Both the position numbers and the translations under genes were made by a program. The notes under the pieces are model-generated. The model worked only from the letters and a program-made list of their open reading frames with translations, ran no database searches and was not told the DNA's origin. Below are positions 57,613 to 64,000 of a DNA stretch of 64,000 nucleotides, piece by piece (positions within the stretch are counted from its first letter, which is position 1; each line of letters starts with the position of its first letter). Source of the DNA: an uncultured Deferribacteraceae bacterium (lineage in GTDB: Bacteria > Chrysiogenota > Deferribacteres > CAMZNJ01). Location of the stretch: NCBI GenBank assembly GCA_947313855.1, contig CAMZNS010000026.1, positions 2,141 through 66,140 on the forward strand. The letters are read 5' to 3'.

Positions 57613-58442
57613 AAAAGATACCCTACCCCTAAATAAAAACACAGCAAGCTAAGAATAATTATGTTGCGAGATGACATCATAAAGCGAAGTAGGCTTGCCA
57701 AAAGCAACGCAATAAACATAGTAGATACAACCTGAACTAGGGAAAAACCGAGGATGCCATGACTCAAAAATATTATACCATAAAGAATGTAAAAGGTGTA
57801 GTAAGCAATTACACTTAAAATAGCGTAGTAAAATGATTCCCTAAGGGGGAGACGCAAAATATGGAAAAAGAGAACAAGTGTCCATATAAAAGGGGTGGTG
57901 CCCCACAAGTGGGAAAGCACAACAATGGCAACAATAGAGATAGAGGCAGGAAACAACCAACTCGAACTGAGGCTACTGCTAGATGAGGAAATACCCGAAT
58001 GCAAACTGTAAAGCATCAAAGATACAAGCACAGAAAAATAACCCACATAATAGAGACTAATATACAACCACAACATCGCCTCAGGGGCAACAAAACCTAA
58101 AACTGACGAACCGAAACCAACACCGAGGAAGAGCGTACCCACTAATGTTATGTAGTGACGACGCTCCTGATAGGCAGCAAGCTGCTTGTGGCGGTAGCGT
58201 AGGATAAACAGATCGATACCGTTGCGAAGGGGGGACGCAAGGGATAGGAGCAACCCCAACATAATCATGATGAAGAGTAGGGATGTCTGGTAATACGTGG
58301 TGTCGCCAACAACTAATGTACCGCTAAAGCTGTCTAAATTAACGATACCTGTGGCGTGGGCATTGCTACGCAATAAGTCCAAAAAGTAAGGGTTAAAAAT
58401 TATTGTTAAAGCAGTGCCAAGTATGGACTCAATAAGTAACAT
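57603..58442 (-). CDS. Hypothetical polytopic membrane protein with 8 or more TM helices and a poly-Ser loop. Its 3' end overlaps the ftsK start.
   Basis: A 279-aa ORF that is strongly hydrophobic with periodic TM segments. I recognise no catalytic motif. Confidence 0.4.
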   Translation of the reverse strand: MLLIESILGTALTIIFNPYFLDLLRSNAHATGIVNLDSFSGTLVVGDTTYYQTSLLFIMIMLGLLLSLASPLRNGIDLFILRYRHKQLAAYQERRHYITLVGTLFLGVGFGSSVLGFVAPEAMLWLYISLYYVGYFSVLVSLMLYSLHSGISSSSSSLSSSWLFPASISIVAIVVLSHLWGTTPFIWTLVLFFHILRLPLRESFYYAILSVIAYYTFYILYGIIFLSHGILGFSLVQVVSTMFIALLLASLLRFMMSSRNIIILSLLCFYLGVGYLLWV

Positions 58443-58491
58443 GACTTCCTTCTCCTTAGGTTATCATCCCCAAAGAAGCTCCTAATGGCGG

Positions 58492-60120
58492 TTATAGTTT
58501 CTGTATGGATATTTCCACTAGAGGTCGGCGTGGAATATGCGGATTCGGTGCCTGTTTCACATTCTTAACGAAATCCTTATTCCGCATGATGGTGCCGTCG
58601 GTGGGAGCATGCTCTTCGAGGATTGCCATTACCGAGTCGATAATTTTACTTTTGTCGGTCATAAATATGGGGAACCCAACGGGAACAACGTCCACGGTGT
58701 ACTGATTTTTCCGCATACGTTTACGCATGGTGATGCTGATGAAAAGTACGCCAGCACTACTGATTAGGCGACGCTCCTCCAGATCTTTATCGTAAAGGGT
58801 GAGTCGTTGGTGTGCGTCGACGTAAACGTTTTTCCAAGGCACTTTATTGATGCCGACGAAGTTGTTTGATTTGTCCCATTCCCCTTGGGAGGCACAGGGC
58901 AGGATGATGCAGTTTTTTTCACTTACGTAACCGCCGTTGGTTGCGAGGGATTTGTGCATATTTAGGTGTCGGTAGTCGCCGTGAATGGGTAGGAAGTATT
59001 TGGGTCGTGTCATGGCGAGTAGTAGTTTGAGTTCCTCTTTGGCTGCGTGTCCTGAGACGTGGATGTTGTTATTTTTGTCCACAACAGCTGAGGCACCGAC
59101 GTAGTAGATTTGGTTGATAACGTCGTTGATCCCCCCTTCGTTGCCGGGGATAACCCTTGAGCTGAACATGACGAGGTCGTTTTTGCGAATTTTGAGCCCT
59201 TTGCGTCCTTTGAAGGTTACGGCGTAGAGGGAGGCATTTTGTTCCCCTTGGCACCCAGTGACGAGGAAGCAGACTTTGTTGTCGGGCATGGAGAGGGCTT
59301 TTTGTGGTGTAACGAGCAGTGATTTTTTGAGTGCGGGGTACCCCATTTTGCTGACGATATCGATATTTTTCAGCATGGAACGTCCCATGATGCAGAGTTT
59401 ACGTCCTGTTTCTTCGCATATTTGTGCGATCATGTAGAGTCGTGAGATATTTGATGCGAATGTGGTGACAAAGACGCGTCCGCTGTGTCCGGCAACAATG
59501 TCACGCATGTTGTCGTAGATGGATGATTCCGATTTGCTGAATCCGTCGACGAGGGCGTTGGTTGAGTCGGAGAGTAGGCATGTGAGTCCGCTTTTGCCTA
59601 TTTGGGAGATACGTTTGAAGTCCATTTGCACGTGATCGTTGGGGTTGTTGTCGATTTTGAAGTCGGAGGAGTGCAACGCGGAGAATTTGCCTGTTTTGAG
59701 GTATATGGCGTAGGTATCGAGTATGGAGTGGTTGACGGGGATAAATTCGAGGGCGAAGTCGCCGATTTTGATACGTTTGAATTCGTTATACTCTTTGAAG
59801 GTCGGTTTTTTGCTGAGTTTTTTGGAGATAAACTGAATGGCAAGTGGTGGTGCGTACACGGGTATGTTTTTGATATCCAGCACGTAGCGAATGGCACCGA
59901 TATGGTCTTCGTGTGCGTGTGTGATAACGATGGCTTCCAGCTTCTTTTTGATGGATTTGAGGTATGTGAAGTCGGGTATGGCACCGTCAACGCCTATTCC
60001 GCGACCGTCGAAGAATTTGATTCCAGCGTCCACTAGTATGGCAGTTGTTTTGGTTTCGTAGAGGTATGCGTTCATGCCGATGGATCCGACACCACCGAGA
60101 ACTGTTATTTTACAAGACAT
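58492..60120 (-). CDS. rnj: Ribonuclease J (metallo-beta-lactamase / beta-CASP).
   Basis: The motif ITHAHEDHIGAI and the beta-CASP and C-terminal domains. The start is placed at MSCKITVLGG (60120) with a GGAAGGAA Shine-Dalgarno. The raw ORF extends to 60240. Confidence 0.9.
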   Translation of the reverse strand: MSCKITVLGGVGSIGMNAYLYETKTTAILVDAGIKFFDGRGIGVDGAIPDFTYLKSIKKKLEAIVITHAHEDHIGAIRYVLDIKNIPVYAPPLAIQFISKKLSKKPTFKEYNEFKRIKIGDFALEFIPVNHSILDTYAIYLKTGKFSALHSSDFKIDNNPNDHVQMDFKRISQIGKSGLTCLLSDSTNALVDGFSKSESSIYDNMRDIVAGHSGRVFVTTFASNISRLYMIAQICEETGRKLCIMGRSMLKNIDIVSKMGYPALKKSLLVTPQKALSMPDNKVCFLVTGCQGEQNASLYAVTFKGRKGLKIRKNDLVMFSSRVIPGNEGGINDVINQIYYVGASAVVDKNNNIHVSGHAAKEELKLLLAMTRPKYFLPIHGDYRHLNMHKSLATNGGYVSEKNCIILPCASQGEWDKSNNFVGINKVPWKNVYVDAHQRLTLYDKDLEERRLISSAGVLFISITMRKRMRKNQYTVDVVPVGFPIFMTDKSKIIDSVMAILEEHAPTDGTIMRNKDFVKNVKQAPNPHIPRRPLVEISIQKL

Positions 60121-60192
60121 GTTCCTTCCATTTTTGCTCACCGCAGTTTTGTGGGGGGCTTGGGCTCTGCAGTAGTGTGGACAACGGTTGCC

Positions 60193-60250
60193 GATTGTGG
60201 ATTGTGGATTGCGAGTTGGCATTGTTATTGTCATTGTCATTGTGCTGTCA
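60193..60250. repeat. Short tandem repeats (GATTGTG)n and (CATTGT)n upstream of rnj.
   Basis: Read directly in the sequence. Confidence 0.75.
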
Positions 60251-60314
60251 TGAGCGTGCCCTCAGTTGGTTTTACAACCATACTGGGTAGCGTTATATTT
60301 TTTCTTATAATGTC

Positions 60315-60845
60315 TCAGGATGTTGGTATATTTAGGGTACACACGGCCATGGCGGCGATACCCTCTTGTCTACCAACAAACCCGAGTTGTTCAGTTGTTG
60401 TTGCTTTGATTGATACATCCTGCTCCGACAGGTGCATGCATTTTGCTAAGGATGCTCTTATTTGGGCGATGTGCGGGGCTAGTTTGGGCTCCTCTGCCAT
60501 TACCTGAGCATCGATATAACTTATTATTTTATAAGGGTGGTTCGATCCTGGAAGACCTTGTGGGGTAAATTTAAGCTCCACCATGTCAACCACTGCACTG
60601 AGCAGTTTTAGGGACGAAACCCCTTTGTATTGTTGATCGGTATCGGGGAATTGTTGTCCGATATCCCCTAAATTTGCCGATCCGAGTATGGCGTCAATAA
60701 TAGCATGTGTTAAAACGTCGGCATCGCTGTGTCCGATTAAGCCTTTGCCCTCGTTGTGGGGGAGTGTTACGCCACCCAAGATGAGTGGTCGGTTGTCGCC
60801 GAGCTGATGGACGTCGAAGCCTATGCCTGTTCTAGTTTTAACCAT
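60315..60845 (-). CDS. ispF: 2-C-methyl-D-erythritol 2,4-cyclodiphosphate synthase.
   Basis: GIGFDVHQL...GHSDADVLTHAI..ANLGDIG. The start is placed at MVKTRTG (60845). Confidence 0.9.
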   Translation of the reverse strand: MVKTRTGIGFDVHQLGDNRPLILGGVTLPHNEGKGLIGHSDADVLTHAIIDAILGSANLGDIGQQFPDTDQQYKGVSSLKLLSAVVDMVELKFTPQGLPGSNHPYKIISYIDAQVMAEEPKLAPHIAQIRASLAKCMHLSEQDVSIKATTTEQLGFVGRQEGIAAMAVCTLNIPTS

Positions 60846-61091
60846 AATCACAGGTATAATAACGCCAAACCATGAATTTTGCAACTATTTATTAACACAC
60901 CCCGCCTTAAGCCACAATGGGGGGCACTAGAAGTGTATGGGAGCATTTTAGAGCATTTAAAAGAGTATTGCGTATTGGTAATTGACATAAATGGGGGAAA
61001 AGATTAAAATCACCACACTACTTTTGGGTGAATACAGGTATGCAAGCGTTGCTAAGCAAGGGGCATAGGCTGTGGAGACGGGGAGTTTCCT

Positions 61092-62165
61092 ATGGCGGAA
61101 AATCAGGAAGGACAAGAAAAAACCGAACAGGCCACTAGCAAAAAAATTAGCGACGCCCGTGAAAAAGGGCAGGTGGCAAAAAGTCAAGAACTACCAAGTG
61201 CAATGCTACTATTTGCAGCAGCACTAATGATCGTACTCATCGGCAAATGGGTGGGAACATCGCTAGGGAAGCAGTTCCTGTTCTTCTTCAACGTGGACTT
61301 CAAAACACTAGACGAAGAGATGGTGCTATTCCTGTTTTACAAAGCCTTCTCAGTGGCAAGCACCATACTCATTCCCGTTATGGTGGTTGTTGCAATTGTA
61401 GGCATCATGTCGCACATAGTCCAATTCGGAACACTATGGGCAACCAAAGCAATCAATCCCGACTTCACCAAACTCAACGTAATAAAAGGGATCCGAAACA
61501 TGTTTAAGCTCACAAAACTTGTGGAGCTTGCAAAATCACTCACAAAAATATTCATCGTGGGAGCAATATGCCTCCCCATCCTCTACGCCAACAGGGTCGA
61601 GATAGTACTAATGCAAGACAGTACGCTCATCGAAGCCGTACAACTCGTCTACAGCATGGTCGTCGAAATGTTTTTCCGTGCCAGTGCAGTCGTAATAATT
61701 CTCGCACTCATGGATCTGCTGTACCAAAAATGGAACCACATGGAACAACTCAAAATGACGCAACAAGAGGTCAAAGAGGAACACAAACAGATGGAAGGGG
61801 ATCCATTACTACGACAAAAAATACGGCAAGCACAAATGGACGCAGCAAGGGCAAGGATGATGGACGACGTTCCAAGCTCGGACGTGGTCATCACCAACCC
61901 AACACACTACGCTGTTGCCGTAAGATACAGCCCCGATGAAGGGGACAGAGCACCAAAAGTTATCGCAAAAGGCAAAAATATGATGGCGTTGAGAATTCGC
62001 GAAATCGCCAAAGAAAATAACATACACATACACGAAGACCCACTACTCGCTCGAACACTCTTCAATACAGCCGAAATAGGGGACGAAATACCGGAAGCTC
62101 TCTACAAAGCCATTGCCGAAATAATATCGTTTGTCTACAAACTTAAGGGGAAGAAAGTTGCGTAA
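61092..62165 (+). CDS. flhB: Flagellar type III export protein FlhB.
   Basis: The NPTH autocleavage motif (VITNPTHYAVAVRY), four N-terminal TM helices and a length of 357 aa. Confidence 0.9.
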   Translation: MAENQEGQEKTEQATSKKISDAREKGQVAKSQELPSAMLLFAAALMIVLIGKWVGTSLGKQFLFFFNVDFKTLDEEMVLFLFYKAFSVASTILIPVMVVVAIVGIMSHIVQFGTLWATKAINPDFTKLNVIKGIRNMFKLTKLVELAKSLTKIFIVGAICLPILYANRVEIVLMQDSTLIEAVQLVYSMVVEMFFRASAVVIILALMDLLYQKWNHMEQLKMTQQEVKEEHKQMEGDPLLRQKIRQAQMDAARARMMDDVPSSDVVITNPTHYAVAVRYSPDEGDRAPKVIAKGKNMMALRIREIAKENNIHIHEDPLLARTLFNTAEIGDEIPEALYKAIAEIISFVYKLKGKKVA

Positions 62166-63390
62166 CACTAGACACACAGATGCGGGAACCACAGATGCGA
62201 GCACCACTCTCGCACAACACATCGCCTCAGCTACACTCATGCTAAGCATGGCTCTAGTCATCACGACTGTGCCCACACAAACAGCATGGGCAGAAACAAC
62301 CACGCCAACAACCACACTCGCCATACCCGACCTAACAACGTTCTCCTCCCCAGCAGAATCCATCCGCATCGGTAACAAATACATGGAAAACAACAAAACA
62401 AAGCAAGCCATCGAAGAGTACTCCCGAGGGTTAGCAAAACTGCTGGGGGGCGGGGGCGACAACAACAGCACACCAAACATAAACGCCGCAAGCATCGCCG
62501 TACAGCTGGAAAGCTATCTGCAACGAAGCACAGCGTATCAGCAGTCGGGCAACGTCGCCAAAGCGATCAACGACCTATCGGAAGTAATCAACCTGAACCC
62601 CGAATACAAAGACGCTCTACAGAGGCGGGCAGCACTCTATCTGTCGCAAGGGAACTTCCAAGAGGCACTCACCGACTACCAACGAAGCTCCGTACTTAAC
62701 CCGCAAAATAACTCCATCGCCGATGTCGCCGCCATATACCTCCAACAAGGTGACTACGGCAACAGCATACTCGAAGCACAAAGAGCTCTCGCCCTAAACA
62801 GCAACGACTCCAAAGCACTACTCACACTCGCAAACGCCATGGGAGCAATCAACAACCACTCAGGGGCACTAACACTCTACAAACAATACCAAAACTGGGC
62901 AACAGCATCCCCCCAAAACCGTCAACGAGCAGAAGATATGGGGGTCGTAGGGAGCAAAATCGCCACAACACTACTAGGGCTCAACGATACCGAAAACGGA
63001 ATCAAAGAGGGGGAAAAACTTATCACACAAAATAGGGCAACCCTAGAACTAGTGCAAAAACTACTAGGTGTCTACAAAGCACAGAACGATATGCAAAACG
63101 CCACGCGAATGGAGAAAGAACTGAGCAAACAGCAACAAAATCTCACAAGCAAAGAGCAGTACGACATGGCTGTTACGGCATTTCGGAACATGGATTATGA
63201 AGAAGCCTTACGACTCACAACCCTCGCCATTGCACAAAACAGCAACGCACGACCGTATCGACTCCTCAAGATACAATCCCTCATCTACCTGCAAAATGTT
63301 TCCGAGGCGTGTACGGAGGCGGAGCAGCTTTGTGTTGACGGGTATTGCCCAACAGTCACCAAACTGCAGAGCACCAGCTACTGCCCCTAA
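62131..63390 (+). CDS. Secreted or periplasmic TPR-repeat protein with a Cys-rich C-terminal tail. Its start overlaps the flhB 3' end.
   Basis: TPR periodicity and a hydrophobic signal-like segment (ATLMLSMALVITTVPTQTAWAE). The tail reads ACTEAEQLCVDGYCPTVTKLQSTSYCP. The start is TTG at 62131 or ATG at 62239. Confidence 0.55.
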   Translation: MSTNLRGRKLRNTRHTDAGTTDASTTLAQHIASATLMLSMALVITTVPTQTAWAETTTPTTTLAIPDLTTFSSPAESIRIGNKYMENNKTKQAIEEYSRGLAKLLGGGGDNNSTPNINAASIAVQLESYLQRSTAYQQSGNVAKAINDLSEVINLNPEYKDALQRRAALYLSQGNFQEALTDYQRSSVLNPQNNSIADVAAIYLQQGDYGNSILEAQRALALNSNDSKALLTLANAMGAINNHSGALTLYKQYQNWATASPQNRQRAEDMGVVGSKIATTLLGLNDTENGIKEGEKLITQNRATLELVQKLLGVYKAQNDMQNATRMEKELSKQQQNLTSKEQYDMAVTAFRNMDYEEALRLTTLAIAQNSNARPYRLLKIQSLIYLQNVSEACTEAEQLCVDGYCPTVTKLQSTSYCP

Positions 63391-63770
63391 ATATCTACCT
63401 GCAAACTGCTTCCGAGGCGTGTACGGAGGGTGCACGGCACCGAGCGGAGCAGCTTTGTGTTGACGGGTATTGCCCACGGGTATTGCCACTAGTCACCAAA
63501 CTACAGAGCACCAACTACTGCCCCTAAATATCTACCTGCAAACTGCAGAGCACCAGCTACTGCCCCGAAATATCTACCTGCAAACTGCAGAGCACCAGCT
63601 ACTGCCCCGAAATATCTACCTGCAAACTGCTTCCGAGGCGTGTACGGAGGGTGCACGGCACCGAGCGGAGCAGCTTTGTGTTGACGGGTATTGCCCACGG
63701 GTATTGCCACTAGTCACCAAACAGCAGAGCACCAGCTACTGCCCCGAAATATCCGTAAAAAAAAGTTGAT
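63391..63770. repeat. Array of four duplicated copies of the TPR gene's 3' terminus. The 137-bp and 42-bp units all begin ATATCTACCTGCAAA and end AGCACCAGCTACTGCCCC(TAA/GAA).
   Basis: Read directly in the sequence. The copies encode variant Cys-rich tails (…SEACTEGARHRAEQLCVDGYCPRVLPLVTKLQSTNYCP). Confidence 0.85.
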
Positions 63771-64000
63771 AAATAGTTGACTAATGGTTACATTTATGAT
63801 TAATTAATTATTAAAAGTATACAGATTATTCATTTATTTGTAATTAACAAATAAAAACTATCTAGGGAAATTAAATCACATTTATCGGATATAACTTCAC
63901 ATTTTTGCAATTTATGAAGAAAAAATAAAAAAAATACCCGATGTAGTTGCCAAATCTGCGAAACAGAAGCAAATTTCAAAATAGCATATTTGTAGATAAT
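63771..64000. other. AT-rich island of at least 230 bp at the window edge, very different from the ~50% GC flank.
   Basis: Read directly in the sequence. It contains TTGACT/TTGATA hexamers and A/T tracts. It extends beyond the window. Confidence 0.5.

Noticed and set aside
1-64000. A synthetic or recoded origin for the unusual A/C-ending codon usage and ubiquitous repeats.
   Set aside because: Gene order is biologically coherent (lpxD-fabZ-lpxA, skp-bamA, prfA-prmC, rplU-rpmA, ccoGIS). Divergence from model orthologues looks natural. The skew follows the transcribed strand in blocks, as expected for a natural mutation or selection bias.

Overview
This window is a gene-dense bacterial chromosomal segment of roughly 50% GC that looks Gram-negative, but no taxon can be assigned from sequence alone. 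About 49 protein-coding genes are called, most on the minus strand. In the minus-strand gene blocks the plus strand is GT-rich, so those genes carry A/C-ending codons on their coding strand.

Recognisable genes include:
- Replication and recombination: dnaE, recA immediately followed by dnaA, a DciA/DUF721-like gene, ftsK.
- Translation: metG, tyrS, prfA-prmC, def, obg, rplU-rpmA, RNase J.
- Cell envelope: lpxD-fabZ-lpxA plus a Gfo/Idh/MocA oxidoreductase, skp-bamA, murA, a LapA-like/TPR pair, a NlpC/P60-SPOR lipoprotein, a TolC-like protein, pilD, pstS, and a NeuB-family nonulosonic acid synthase.
- A cbb3-oxidase assembly cluster: ccoQ-like, ccoG, a DsbD_2-like protein, ccoI, ccoS and a FixH-like protein, with no ccoNOP structural genes nearby.
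- Metabolism: purA, ispF, ridA, metC next to an SstT-like symporter, HIT and yigZ.
- flhB followed by a TPR protein.

No tRNA, rRNA, CRISPR array or transposase was seen.

The unusual content is:
- An intact PtsG-like PTS EIICB that has lost both the EIIB phospho-cysteine and the EIIC GITEPxEF motif, ending 4 bp into a convergent 1189-aa secreted TPR protein with a CHAT-like C-terminal domain.
- An LpxD with a ~245-aa N-terminal insertion.
- A RecA with a lysine-rich tail and a recA-dnaA(GTG) arrangement with no dnaN.
- A 330-bp repeat array flanked by 9-bp direct repeats next to a bidirectional terminator.
- An array of duplicated 3'-end cassettes downstream of the flhB-linked TPR gene.
- GT-rich (RNA: CA-rich) tandem repeats at most gene boundaries, plus in-frame VNTR or low-complexity insertions in essential proteins (CcoI, DnaE, Obg, FtsK, DnaA, PrmC).
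- A compositionally aberrant first gene and an AT-rich island at the 3' end of the window.
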